This document shows, piece by piece, positions 12,246 to 21,787 of a DNA stretch of 64,000 bases; position 1 is the first letter of the stretch; every line of letters begins with the position of its first letter. The stretch is from positions 1,388,449 to 1,452,448 of the forward strand of contig OY759590.1 in NCBI GenBank assembly GCA_963662445.1. The letters run 5' to 3'. Source of the DNA: Desulfarculia bacterium. Lineage in GTDB: Bacteria; Desulfobacterota; Desulfarculia; Adiutricales; JAGVGV01. The position numbers and the translations under genes are program-made. The notes under the pieces are model-generated. The model searched no databases, was not told the DNA's origin, and saw nothing but the letters and a program-made list of their open reading frames with translations.

Positions 12246-12938
12246 TCACATGATGAGCCACATAAGGAAAGGGGTTATCAGGGCCGTGGCCAGGCCGTTG
12301 AGGCAGATGGCCAATCCGGCGGCGGCGCCCTGGAGTTCGCCTTCTTCAACTGCGCGGGCTGTCCCTATGCCGTGAGAAGCCGCCCCCATGGCCAAGCCGA
12401 AGGCCGTGGGACTCCTGACGCCGATGAGCCGGAGAAAGGCCGGACCGGCCACGGCTCCCAGTATCCCGGTGGCGATGACCAGCGCGGCGGTCAGAGGTTC
12501 CAGGCCGCCGATCTTGGCGGCTATACCCATGGCGATGGGCGTGGTCACCGATTTGGGGGCCAGCGAGGCGACGACTTCCACGGGCGCGCCCAAAAGCCTG
12601 GCCGTCAGGGCCGCCGAGAGGACTCCGACCACGCTGCCCACGGCCAGGGAAATCAGCATGGCCCTGCCCTGTTTTCTGATCTCTTCAATCTGGCGGTAGA
12701 GGGGAGCGCCTAGGGCGACAACGGCTGGTCCGAGAAAGAAGCTGATGAGCTTTCCGCCCTGATTGTAGGTCTGGTAGTCAAGCCCCGTCGTCCTGAGAAT
12801 GACGATCAGGACGGCGATGGAGACCATGACCGGATTGAAGAGGGCCAGATGAAAACGTCCGTAGAGCTTTTGGGCCAAGTGATAGACGAGAAAGGTCAGG
12901 GCCACGGCGAAAAGGGGCGAGCGGATAAGGCCGGTCAT
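12246..12938 (-). CDS. lrgB: LrgB/CidB family membrane protein
   Basis: LGPAVVAL, PKSVTTPIA, SHGIGTARA. Confidence 0.9.
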   Translation of the reverse strand: MTGLIRSPLFAVALTFLVYHLAQKLYGRFHLALFNPVMVSIAVLIVILRTTGLDYQTYNQGGKLISFFLGPAVVALGAPLYRQIEEIRKQGRAMLISLAVGSVVGVLSAALTARLLGAPVEVVASLAPKSVTTPIAMGIAAKIGGLEPLTAALVIATGILGAVAGPAFLRLIGVRSPTAFGLAMGAASHGIGTARAVEEGELQGAAAGLAICLNGLATALITPFLMWLIM

Positions 12939-13270
12939 TTTTTCCCCAATGTTTGCTGAAGCAGTCCGACGACGGCCAGAACCATGAAGGTGCCGAGCAG
13001 CAACGAGAGGCCAATGGCCAGCCATTGGCCTCGGATAAGGTCGAAATAGAGCATAAGCCCCACACCGGGAGGGACGAAGAGGAAAGCCATGTTTCGGACC
13101 AGGACATCAGCGGCCGGAGCCACGTCCTGGATTCTGATGAGGTTTAGGGAGAGCGCTGCGGTGAGCAGGACCATGCCGATGACGCTGCCGGGCACGGGCA
13201 GACCGCTCAGACGGGAAGCGGCTTCACCGAGAAATTGAAAAAAAAAGATGTAAGCCAGACTTTTTATCAC
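12935..13270 (-). CDS. lrgA: CidA/LrgA family holin-like protein
   Basis: PVPGSVIGM, LFVPPGVG; overlaps the lrgB start; GTG start inferred. Confidence 0.88.
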   Translation of the reverse strand: MIKSLAYIFFFQFLGEAASRLSGLPVPGSVIGMVLLTAALSLNLIRIQDVAPAADVLVRNMAFLFVPPGVGLMLYFDLIRGQWLAIGLSLLLGTFMVLAVVGLLQQTLGKK

Positions 13271-13370
13271 CGCAACATCTTTATCCCTTGAGTAGCGAAC
13301 GGGTATACAATTAGCAGGTCGGGGCGGGGCAGTCAATCGGCCTCTGGTTTGTCACCGTCAATTCGGCCGG

Positions 13371-13390
13371 CTGTCACATTTATGTTACAT
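13371..13390 (+). promoter_or_regulatory. Pho box upstream of phoB
   Basis: CTGTCACATTTATGTTACAT: GTCAC/GTTAC units 11 bp apart. Confidence 0.7.
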
Positions 13391-13474
13391 TAAAGTACAA
13401 TAATACGTAGTTTAAGGCGGTGTAGGACCGCAGCAGACTACGCGGCAAGGCCGTGAACCAAGCGAGGTGCCACA

Positions 13475-14161
13475 GTGCAACCGACCGTATTAGTTGTTGA
13501 GGACGAACAGGATATTCTTGACGTTGTGGACTACAATCTCCAGCAGGCCGGTTTCCGGGTCCTGAAGGCCATGAACGGGATCGATGCGGTCAATCTGGTC
13601 AAAAAGGAGCGGCCGGAAATGGTCGTGCTCGACCTGATGCTGCCCGGCCTGGACGGCAAGGAGGTTTGCCGCCGGATTCGTCAGGAAGACAAGACGCGGC
13701 GTATTCCCGTACTCATTCTGACGGCCAAGGCCGAGGAAGTGGACCGCATAATCGGTTTTGAAATCGGGGCTGACGATTATATGACCAAGCCTTTCAGCCC
13801 GAGAGAGCTGGTGCTGCGGGTTCAGGCCGTGCTGAGGCGGACCATGGATCAGCCCGCGCCGTCGGCCAGGCTGGCTTTCCCCGGTCTGCTGATCGACCTG
13901 GAAAAACACAGGGTGGAGGTCAAGGGTGAAGAGGTGGTGCTGACGGCCACAGAGTTCAACCTGCTGCACCACCTGGCTTCTCGCCCTGGCCGGGTGCAGA
14001 GCCGGGATGTGCTGCTGGATCAGGTTTGGGGTTACCCCTATGAAGGCTACGCCCGGACGGTCGATACACACGTCCGGCGTCTGCGCAAGAAACTTGGCCC
14101 CGAAAAGGAACGTATCGAGACCATCAGAGGCGTCGGATACCGTTTCAGAGAAGAGATATGA
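13475..14161 (+). CDS. phoB: OmpR/PhoB family response regulator (phosphate regulon)
   Basis: Receiver + winged helix (RTVDTHVRRLRKKL, TIRGVGY); next to phoR and pst genes. Confidence 0.88.
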   Translation: MQPTVLVVEDEQDILDVVDYNLQQAGFRVLKAMNGIDAVNLVKKERPEMVVLDLMLPGLDGKEVCRRIRQEDKTRRIPVLILTAKAEEVDRIIGFEIGADDYMTKPFSPRELVLRVQAVLRRTMDQPAPSARLAFPGLLIDLEKHRVEVKGEEVVLTATEFNLLHHLASRPGRVQSRDVLLDQVWGYPYEGYARTVDTHVRRLRKKLGPEKERIETIRGVGYRFREEI

Positions 14162-15936
14162 AGCTGCGTCTCTCCTTTCAGGCCTGGATACTGACCGGAA
14201 CACTGCTGGCGGTCATCTGCACCCTGGCCTTTGTGGGAGTCTTCCTGGAACAAAGCCTGCGGGGGAAGATGACCGACAACCTGCGCATTTCACTGCTTGA
14301 TCAGTGCACTCTGATCGGTGAAGTCGCTCGGGACCGCTGGAACGAGGGACAATCGGTCCAGGAGACGGACTACCTGGCGGACTATCTGGGCCGGAAGATG
14401 GGCATCCGCGTGACCTTCATCCGCCCTGACGGGAAAGTGCTGGGCGACTCCGAAGTGCCGTCAGAGGCCATAGGCGCCTTGGAGAGTCACGCAGGAAGAC
14501 CGGAAGTGACGGCGGCCCTGTCCGATGGACAAGGCTGGAGTCTCCGCAGAAGCAGCACCCTGGGCGATGACCTGATGTACGTGACGCACCTTTTGGGGAC
14601 TTCCGCTGAGCCGAGGCTGATTATCAGGGCGGCCCTGTCGGTCAGGCAGGTGGAGGAAGTGCTTTCCGGCCTGCAGGGCTTGATACTGTGGGCCTCGCTG
14701 CTAGGCGTGCTTCTGTCTGTCGGAGTCTCCCTGCTGGTCTCCTTTCGCCTGAGCCGCCCGGTCAAGGATCTGACCCGCACGGCCCAAAGCATCTCATCCG
14801 GCGACCTTGACCAGCGTCTGCGGCATTATCCTAATCACGAAATCGGCGACCTGGGCCGGGCCTTCGACCAGATGGCCGACAACCTTCAGGAAGAAATTCA
14901 TGCCGTGACCCGTGCACGGGACCGGCTTGAAGCCGTCTTGCGGGGCATGGTGGAGGGCGTGCTGGTGACCAACAGCGCGGGCCGGGTCACCATGATCAAC
15001 AAAGCCCTGGGCTCCATGCTCGACCTGCGGGCCGATCCGGTGGGGCGGATGCCTTCGGAGATACTGAGAAGCCCGGCCCTGATAGAGGCCTTGCAGCGGA
15101 TATCCCCGGACAACCCTTTCGCCTCGGTGGAGATAAGAACCCTGGGGGGCAAACCGCACGTCCTGGAAGTGGATGTGGCTCTCCTGCCTGGCGAAGGCCC
15201 CAGAGGCGGCGTGGTGGCCGTATTTCACGACATAACCGAAAGAAAGCGCCTGGAAGAGATGCGCCGCGACTTTGTGGCCAACGTCTCGCACGAATTGAGA
15301 ACCCCGCTGGCGGCCATCAGGGCTTCGGTGGAGACCCTGCTGGACGGGGCCTTGTCCGATCCCAAGTTCGGCCGACAGTTCACCGAAGTGATTAAGAGGC
15401 ACACCAACAGGCTGGAAGACATAGTCGAGGACCTGCTGGAACTGGCCAGGCTGGAATCAGGTGCAATCACCGCTGCTTCACCGGAAAATCTGCGGGCGGC
15501 GGGCCTTGTTGAAAGCTCCCTTAATGCGGTATCCGAACTGGCCGCGGCCAGAGGCGTGATGCTGGATTCCGGACTGTCCGACGATACGCTTGTTTTTCCG
15601 GGGGACCGGCGTCAGTTGGAGAACGCGGTGGTCAACCTGCTGGAAAACGCCGTCAAGTATACCGAACCCGGAGGACGGGTGGAGTTGAAAGTTTTTCAGG
15701 ACAGCGGGCAGGTTCACATAGCGGTCAGGGATACCGGCATAGGCATTCCGCAGGAGCATCTGCCCAGAATATTCGAACGCTTTTACCGGGTGGACAAGAA
15801 CCGTTCACGAGAAATGGGCGGCACCGGGCTGGGCCTGGCCATCGTCAAACACGTAGCCCAGGTTCATCACGGCCGGGTGACGGTGGACAGCATGCCGGGC
15901 AAAGGCAGCACTTTCGAGTTGATAATCCCCGCCTGA
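14158..15936 (+). CDS. phoR: PhoR-type sensor histidine kinase (HAMP-PAS-HisKA-HATPase)
   Basis: DFVANVSHELRTPL, FERFYRVDKNRSR, GGTGLGL. Confidence 0.9.
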   Translation: MKLRLSFQAWILTGTLLAVICTLAFVGVFLEQSLRGKMTDNLRISLLDQCTLIGEVARDRWNEGQSVQETDYLADYLGRKMGIRVTFIRPDGKVLGDSEVPSEAIGALESHAGRPEVTAALSDGQGWSLRRSSTLGDDLMYVTHLLGTSAEPRLIIRAALSVRQVEEVLSGLQGLILWASLLGVLLSVGVSLLVSFRLSRPVKDLTRTAQSISSGDLDQRLRHYPNHEIGDLGRAFDQMADNLQEEIHAVTRARDRLEAVLRGMVEGVLVTNSAGRVTMINKALGSMLDLRADPVGRMPSEILRSPALIEALQRISPDNPFASVEIRTLGGKPHVLEVDVALLPGEGPRGGVVAVFHDITERKRLEEMRRDFVANVSHELRTPLAAIRASVETLLDGALSDPKFGRQFTEVIKRHTNRLEDIVEDLLELARLESGAITAASPENLRAAGLVESSLNAVSELAAARGVMLDSGLSDDTLVFPGDRRQLENAVVNLLENAVKYTEPGGRVELKVFQDSGQVHIAVRDTGIGIPQEHLPRIFERFYRVDKNRSREMGGTGLGLAIVKHVAQVHHGRVTVDSMPGKGSTFELIIPA

Positions 15937-15940
15937 TAAT

Positions 15941-15978
15941 ATGGGGGCGGTTTCCGCCCCCAGGCTTGCGCCTGGACC
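15941..15978 (-). repeat. Hairpin pair after phoR, including one unit of the GGTCCAGGC-N4-GCCTGGGG palindromic repeat
   Basis: TGGGGGCGG-TTT-CCGCCCCCA hairpin; 15958-15978 reverse complement GGTCCAGGCGCAAGCCTGGGG matches units at 46195 and 59652. Confidence 0.6.
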
Positions 15979-16163
15979 CATTACGAGGGCTCCCGCCCCT
16001 TGCCGGACTGCGTCCGGAGTTGTTTCCGTGGGGCCCAGACTCAAGTGCACCGCTGGTCACTGCCACCGGGCCGCCAACTGCAACACACGCCAATGTCGTT
16101 ATAATTCCCCGATATAATAATATTATTAAGAAAAAAAATCCTTTTCATCTTTCTTCCAGGCAA

Positions 16164-16194
16164 TGTCACTGGCGCGTCATGATTCCGTCACAAT
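16164..16194 (+). promoter_or_regulatory. Triple Pho box upstream of pstS
   Basis: GTCA at 16165, 16176 and 16187 (exact 11-bp period). Confidence 0.8.
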
Positions 16195-16298
16195 AGGGGC
16201 CTATCCTTGCTTACAACATTGACTGAGGAAACAACCGGCCGGTTGGCCGGGTTGAAAATTTAGGAATCATGTCAGAAACAAAATTGGAGGAAAAGAGA

Positions 16299-17126
16299 AT
16301 GAAAAAAACCCTGAAAATGGCTGTTACGCTGGTCGTGGCGGCTTCCATCTGCGCCTTTGGCTTCACTCCCGGCATGGCCGCGGAAAAGATTTCCATAACC
16401 GGTTCGACAACGGTTCTGCCCATCGCTCAGAAGGCGGCGGAAGACTTCATGAAGAAGCACGCCGATGTACAGATTTCCGTGGCCGGTACGGGTTCGGGCG
16501 ACGGCATCAAAGCCATCATCGACGGCACCGCCGACATCGGCGACTCTTCCCGGGACATGAAAGACAAGGAAAAAGACCTGGCTAAGGAAAAGGGTGTGAC
16601 TCCGGTCCGCCACACCGTGGCCCTGGACTGCATCGTGCCTGTGGTTCATCCCGCCAACCCGGTATCCGGCCTGACCGTGGAACAGCTCAAAGACATGTAT
16701 ACCGGCAAGATAAAGAACTGGAAGGAAGTCGGCGGCGAAGACAAGCCCATAGTGGTCATCTCCCGTGATTCCAGTTCCGGCACCTTTGAAGTCTGGAACG
16801 AGAAAATACTGGATAAGGAAAGAGTCCGTCCCGACGCCCAGATGCAGGCTTCCAACGGCGCTGTGGCCCAGGCTGTGGCTGGCAACAAGTTCGCCATGGG
16901 CTATGTGGGCATAGGCTACCTCAACGACAACCTGAAGCCCCTGACGGTCAACGGCGTGGCTGCTTCTCCTCAGGCCGCAGCCGATGGTTCCTTCGCGGTC
17001 TCCCGCGCCCTGTTCATGTTCACCCGCGGCGAGCCCACCGGAGTGGTCAAGGACTTCATCGACTTTGTCAAGGGTCCCGAAGGTCAGAAGATCGTGGTGG
17101 AGGAAGGTTTCGTCGCCATCCCCTAA
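16299..17126 (+). CDS. pstS: Phosphate ABC transporter substrate-binding protein
   Basis: Signal peptide, GSTTV, GSGDG, SSSGT; GGAGG RBS. Confidence 0.95.
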   Translation: MKKTLKMAVTLVVAASICAFGFTPGMAAEKISITGSTTVLPIAQKAAEDFMKKHADVQISVAGTGSGDGIKAIIDGTADIGDSSRDMKDKEKDLAKEKGVTPVRHTVALDCIVPVVHPANPVSGLTVEQLKDMYTGKIKNWKEVGGEDKPIVVISRDSSSGTFEVWNEKILDKERVRPDAQMQASNGAVAQAVAGNKFAMGYVGIGYLNDNLKPLTVNGVAASPQAAADGSFAVSRALFMFTRGEPTGVVKDFIDFVKGPEGQKIVVEEGFVAIP

Positions 17127-17149
17127 CCGCTTGACATAAATAGTATTAG

Positions 17150-17184
17150 AAAACGGCCGGCCTTTCAGGACCGGCCGTTTTTTT
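17150..17184 (+). terminator. Rho-independent terminator after pstS
   Basis: AAAACGGCCGG...CCGGCCGTTTTTTT. Confidence 0.8.
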
Positions 17185-17187
17185 ATC

Positions 17188-17208
17188 CTGTAACAATCAT
17201 GTCACATT
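17188..17208 (+). promoter_or_regulatory. Pho box upstream of pstC
   Basis: CTGTAACAATCATGTCACAT: GTAAC 17190 / GTCAC 17201. Confidence 0.65.
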
Positions 17209-17300
17209 GCAGACATACAGCCGCCAAGCCTTGGTTATAGATTGTTTTGTCGGTAAATAACGAAGCCGGCCCTGGAGCCGGAGATTGGTATAATCTTTAC

Positions 17301-18293
17301 ATGGGCAAGAGGTTGAAATTGGATTCAGCAAGTTACGAAGCAACGGCGGACGAGGCCATGGGCGAACCCCTCGAGGATTCCTGCCGGCCACCGCTGGAGT
17401 TGACACCTCTGACCGATCGTGGCGATGCCCGCGTCAGACGCATCTTTCTGGGTCTGGCCTCGGTCTCCGTCCTGATAATGGGTCTGATCGTCATCTTTCT
17501 TTTCCGGGAGGGGCTGGGCCTTTTCCGGACGGTGCCTGTGGCCGATTTCCTGACCAGAAGCGACTGGTACCCGACCTACGACCCGGCCGGTTTCGGCGTG
17601 TTGGCCCTGATCGCCGGTTCCCTTTCCGTGACGGCCATTTCCTCGCTTATCGCGGTGCCCCTGGGGGTAGGCTCGGCCATTTACCTGGCCGGGGTGTCGA
17701 ACAGGCGGGTGAGGGAATGGGTCAAGCCGGCCATAGAGCTGCTGGCCAGCCTGCCTTCAGTGGTCCTGGGTTTCGTGGGTATGGTCGTCATGGCGCCCAT
17801 GCTGCAGGAATGGCTGGATATTCCCACCGGCCTGAACATACTGAACGCTTCGCTGATGCTGGCCCTGATGGCCATACCGACCATATGCAGCATCTCCGAG
17901 GACGCCCTGCACAATGTACCGCGGGAGTGGGCCGAGGCTTCATACGCCCTGGGCGCGACCCAATGGGAAACCTTGGTCAAGGTCTATGTTCCCGGAGCTC
18001 TTTCGGGCATCGGCACGGCGGTTATACTGGGCATGTCCCGGGCCATGGGTGAGACCATGGTCGTGCTTATGGTGGCCGGCGGCGCGGCCCAGATACCTTC
18101 GAGTATCTTCGATTCGGTCAGGCCTCTGCCGGCGACCATTGCTGCGGAGATGGGCGAAACTCCATTCGGCAGTGAACATTACTTCGCCCTGTTCGCCATC
18201 GGCATTGTCCTGTTTGTCATAACCCTGGTCTTCAACCTGGTGGCGGCCTACGTTTCGCGGCGCTTCCAGCAGAGAGGTTCGGCCACGCTATGA
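17301..18293 (+). CDS. pstC: Phosphate ABC transporter permease PstC
   Basis: ELLASLPSVVLG, EASYALGAT, RAMGETM; start uncertain (ATG 17301 or TTG 17319). Confidence 0.93.
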   Translation: MGKRLKLDSASYEATADEAMGEPLEDSCRPPLELTPLTDRGDARVRRIFLGLASVSVLIMGLIVIFLFREGLGLFRTVPVADFLTRSDWYPTYDPAGFGVLALIAGSLSVTAISSLIAVPLGVGSAIYLAGVSNRRVREWVKPAIELLASLPSVVLGFVGMVVMAPMLQEWLDIPTGLNILNASLMLALMAIPTICSISEDALHNVPREWAEASYALGATQWETLVKVYVPGALSGIGTAVILGMSRAMGETMVVLMVAGGAAQIPSSIFDSVRPLPATIAAEMGETPFGSEHYFALFAIGIVLFVITLVFNLVAAYVSRRFQQRGSATL

Positions 18294-19159
18294 GCTGGCA
18301 TTCGATCAAAGCCCGTAAGCTGCGCCAGAAAGCGGCTTTCTGGGTATTCCGGGGCGCCATGGCCCTGGTGGTGGGATCCCTGGGCGGCATCATTGTCTTT
18401 ATCGTGGCCCACGGCATAAGCGCGATAAGCTGGGAGTTCCTGACCGCCCCCCCACGGGAAGCCATGACCCAGGGCGGCATCTTCCCGGCCATCATGGGCA
18501 CGGTTTATCTGACTATGGGGGCCATCCTGGTGGGCCTGCCCCTTGGAGTGGCTTCGGCCATCTATCTGAGCGAGTATGCCAAGGACGGGAAAACCCTGGC
18601 CGTCATCCGTTTGGGCATCCAGAATCTGGCCGGCGTGCCATCGGTCATCTTCGGCCTGTTCGGACTGGCTCTCTTCTGTATCTTCTTCAAGATGGGGGTG
18701 AGCATCCTGGCCGGTTCCTTGACCTTGGGCATTCTCATTCTGCCCACGATCATCGGCGCGTCGGAAGAGGCTCTGCGGCAGGTGCCCGCCACTTTCCGTG
18801 AAGCTTCACTGGCCCTGGGCGCAACGCGCTGGCAGACCATCCGCAAGGTTGTGCTCCCGGCGGCCCTGCCTGGCGTTCTGACCGGCAGCATTCTGGGCAT
18901 CGGCCGGGCAGCCGGAGAAACGGCCCCGATCATGTTCACTGCGGCGACTTTTTACACTTTGGCCACTCCGACTTCGCCTTTTGACGAAGTCATGGCCCTG
19001 CCTTACCATATTTACGTTCTGGCCACCGCGGGCACGCACATAGACCAGACGAGGCCGTTGCAGTACGGGACGGTTCTGGTTCTGATGACCCTGGTTCTGG
19101 GGTTGTGCCTTTCGGCCATTCTGCTTCGGGCCAGGATGAGAAAGAACAAGAGATGGTAA
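18290..19159 (+). CDS. pstA: Phosphate ABC transporter permease PstA
   Basis: [32 protein letters not shown]. Confidence 0.93.
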   Translation: MSWHSIKARKLRQKAAFWVFRGAMALVVGSLGGIIVFIVAHGISAISWEFLTAPPREAMTQGGIFPAIMGTVYLTMGAILVGLPLGVASAIYLSEYAKDGKTLAVIRLGIQNLAGVPSVIFGLFGLALFCIFFKMGVSILAGSLTLGILILPTIIGASEEALRQVPATFREASLALGATRWQTIRKVVLPAALPGVLTGSILGIGRAAGETAPIMFTAATFYTLATPTSPFDEVMALPYHIYVLATAGTHIDQTRPLQYGTVLVLMTLVLGLCLSAILLRARMRKNKRW

Positions 19160-19944
19160 AAATGGAGAGAAACGCGATGCAGTTGGGCCAGGACCCCATC
19201 ATGAAAGTAAGGAACCTCAAGTTCTTTTACGGGGATTTCCTGGCCCTGAAAAACATAAATATGGATATCCGGCGCAACGAAGTTACGGCCTTTATAGGCC
19301 CTTCCGGTTGCGGTAAATCTACTTTTCTGCGCCTTTTCAACAGGATGAACGACCTTATTCCCGGCACCAGGGTGGAAGGATCCGTGATCTTCGAAGGCAT
19401 GGATCTGTACGGAGCCGGGGTGGACCCGGTGGACATCCGGCGGCGTATCGGCATGGTTTTTCAGAAGCCGAACCCTTTCCCGAAATCCATTTACAACAAC
19501 GTGGCCTATGGGCCGCGTTTGCACGGTCTGAGAGACAAGGACCAGCTTGACGAGATGGTGGTGCAGGCCCTCAAATCGGCGGCCCTGTGGGACGAGGTGG
19601 AAGATATTCTTCAGCAGTCGGCCATGGAACTTTCGGGCGGCCAGCAGCAGCGTCTCTGCATAGCCCGCGCCCTGGCCATGGAACCGGAGGTCCTGCTCAT
19701 GGACGAGCCGACTTCGGCCCTGGACCCCATCGCCACCGCCCGCATAGAGGAACTGGTCAAGGTTCTGAAAGAAAAGTATACTGTAGTAATTGTCACCCAT
19801 AACATGCAGCAGGCCGCCCGGGTCTCGGATGAGACCGCCTTCTTTTATATGGGCGAGCTGGTGGAAAAAGGCTCAACCGAGCAGTTGTTCACCCGGCCCG
19901 AGAAGGAACAGACGGAGCATTATATAACCGGCCGTTTTGGTTGA
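19153..19944 (+). CDS. pstB: Phosphate ABC transporter ATPase
   Basis: [31 protein letters not shown]. Confidence 0.96.
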   Translation: MVKMERNAMQLGQDPIMKVRNLKFFYGDFLALKNINMDIRRNEVTAFIGPSGCGKSTFLRLFNRMNDLIPGTRVEGSVIFEGMDLYGAGVDPVDIRRRIGMVFQKPNPFPKSIYNNVAYGPRLHGLRDKDQLDEMVVQALKSAALWDEVEDILQQSAMELSGGQQQRLCIARALAMEPEVLLMDEPTSALDPIATARIEELVKVLKEKYTVVIVTHNMQQAARVSDETAFFYMGELVEKGSTEQLFTRPEKEQTEHYITGRFG

Positions 19945-19960
19945 GAGAAAGGAAACCACC

Positions 19961-20644
19961 GTGACGTCCTCTTATTTTCATCTGGAGATAGACAAGATAA
20001 AAGAAGAGATCCTCAAAATGGGCGGTCTCGTGGAGGAAGCTGTTGAGAATGCGACCAGAGCCATACTGAACCGTGACAGCGCCCTGGCCAATGAGGTCAT
20101 CCGCAACGACTTCCGGGTCAATGAGCTGGAGAACACCATCGACCAGCGCTGCGTCAGGCTCATGGCCACGCATCAACCTGTAGCGGTGGACTTGCGCTTT
20201 CTGACTTCGGCCCTGCGCATAAGCACCATCCTGGAACGAACGGCCGACCAGGCGGTCAACATAGCTCAGCGAGCCCTGGCCATGAACGAACTCACGGCCT
20301 TTGACGAGATTCCCCCGCTGCTTCTGCAGATGTCGGATACGGCCAAGGAGATGACCCGCAAGTGCCTGGACGCCTTTGTACAGCACGACACGGCCCTGGC
20401 TTATGAAGTCTGCTGCCAGGACGACGAGTTGGACGAGATGAACCGGACTCTTTTGGAGGATATGATCAAATGGATGATGGGCGAGCAGCGGGTCGTCCGG
20501 CGCGGGGTGGAACTGATTCTGGCCGGGAGGCACCTTGAACGGATCGGGGACCAGGCGACGAACGTGGCCGAATGCGTGGTTTTCATGGTGGAAGGGACCA
20601 TTATCCGTCACCAGGGCGCGGAGCGCTGCCGGGTTAATACTTGA
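19961..20644 (+). CDS. phoU: Phosphate signalling protein PhoU
   Basis: QPVAVDLR, LERTAD and LERIGD repeats. Confidence 0.95.
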   Translation: MTSSYFHLEIDKIKEEILKMGGLVEEAVENATRAILNRDSALANEVIRNDFRVNELENTIDQRCVRLMATHQPVAVDLRFLTSALRISTILERTADQAVNIAQRALAMNELTAFDEIPPLLLQMSDTAKEMTRKCLDAFVQHDTALAYEVCCQDDELDEMNRTLLEDMIKWMMGEQRVVRRGVELILAGRHLERIGDQATNVAECVVFMVEGTIIRHQGAERCRVNT

Positions 20645-20689
20645 TGATGTTTTCCAGCGTCCATTCCCTCTCTGCCCGGAGGGGGGATA

Positions 20690-21017
20690 CAGGCTGTTGA
20701 CAAACCTCTTTGTCTTTTTGATGGGTTTTATCGCTCTGAGTTACACCCGCAAAGCCGATTTCACCGGCTTACCAGTTCTTAGGCGAACATGGACGTTCGC
20801 CCCCCCCGTCGAAGGGCATGGATGCCCGTTCGACGGGTTAAACAGGCCGGGGGTTCCAAGGGGACACGGCCGCTTGGGCGTCCCCTTGGTCTGGGCGGGA
20901 AAGACTATCCGAAGTCTTCGCCATTCGCGGCAGGGGCGAAGCGCCCCGCCTGAACTGTCATCCTCAGAGCCATCTTCATCTTTCAACGGTCTTGGAAGAG
21001 ACTTTGTTGACAGACTC
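20690..21017 (+). mobile_element. MITE copy 1 (IS1182-like ends), flanked by a ~27-bp hairpin direct repeat
   Basis: Left end CAGGCTGTTGACAAA; DR ATTCCCTCTCTGCCCGGAGGGGG(G/A)ATA at 20663-20689 and 21019-21045; homologous to three other copies. Confidence 0.85.
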
Positions 21018-21052
21018 TATTCCCTCTCTGCCCGGAGGGGGAATAATTTTGC

Positions 21053-21081
21053 TTGCATAGAGAACATTTGTTTTCTATAAT
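21053..21081 (+). promoter_or_regulatory. sigma70 promoter of lexA with an overlapping GAAC-N4-GTTT candidate SOS box
   Basis: TTGCAT-17-TATAAT; AGAACATTTGTTTT at 21061-21074 lies in the spacer. Confidence 0.7.
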
Positions 21082-21087
21082 CAAGGC

Positions 21088-21702
21088 ATGGTCGTCACGG
21101 AAAGACAACAGGCAATCTTCGACTTCATCCGGAAATTCCAGGCCCGTGAAGGATTCGGCCCGACCGTGCGCGAAATCTGCCAGGCCATGGGACTGGCTTC
21201 CCCCGGCAGCCTGCTCAAGCATCTGCGGGCTCTGGAGGCTGAAGGACGCTTGACGCGGACGCCGGGCAAGAAACGGACCTGGCAGGCCGCCGGCCGACAG
21301 GCCGGGCGCTTTATCCCCCTGCTGGGGCAGATCGCCGCAGGCACGCCCATCCTGGCCGAGGCAAATCTGGAAGGCGAACTGCCGGTGGATCCCGGCCTTT
21401 TCGGCTGCGACGCTTCCTTCGCCCTGAGAGTCAGGGGCGATTCCATGATCGACGCTCATATCCGCGACGGCGACCTGGCGGTCATCAGGCCTCAGGAAGA
21501 GGCCGAGGACGGGCAGGTGGTGGCGGTGCAGGTGGAGGGACTGGAGCCGGAAGCTACCTTGAAAGTGCTCCGGCGGCGGGAAGAACGGATAGAACTGCAC
21601 GCGGCCAATCCCCGGTACGGGCCTTTGATCTTCGAAGGGGCGGAGCGGGCCAGGGTCAGAATACTGGGTCGTCTGGCGGGGGTCATCCGGCCCCGGCCCT
21701 GA
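21088..21702 (+). CDS. lexA: LexA repressor
   Basis: PTVREI wHTH, Ala-Gly cleavage site IAAGTP, GDSM serine, ATLK lysine. Confidence 0.95.
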   Translation: MVVTERQQAIFDFIRKFQAREGFGPTVREICQAMGLASPGSLLKHLRALEAEGRLTRTPGKKRTWQAAGRQAGRFIPLLGQIAAGTPILAEANLEGELPVDPGLFGCDASFALRVRGDSMIDAHIRDGDLAVIRPQEEAEDGQVVAVQVEGLEPEATLKVLRRREERIELHAANPRYGPLIFEGAERARVRILGRLAGVIRPRP

Positions 21703-21752
21703 ATCTTCCACCAAGATCGGGAAGGTGTGAAAGGCCAGCCTCTTTTTTGGGC

Positions 21753-21782
21753 TTGACTTAAGTGTTTACATGCTATACACTT
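21753..21782 (+). promoter_or_regulatory. MarR gene promoter with palindromic operator
   Basis: TTGACT-17-TACACT; AAGTGT-N11-ACACTT at 21760-21782; related site at 22260-22282. Confidence 0.6.
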
Positions 21783-21787
21783 CGCTT

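Noticed and set aside
20783-20800. GCGAAC-N6-GTTCGC in the MITE as a LexA box
   Set aside because: Spacer is 6 rather than 4 nt; better explained as a hairpin stem
20535-21080. Similar short ORFs (…HGCPFDGL…, MPVRRVK…) at 20.5, 24.4-24.8, 52.1-52.5 and 59.2-59.6 kb
   Set aside because: They are translations of the MITE; frames, starts and stops differ between copies and no transposase motif is present
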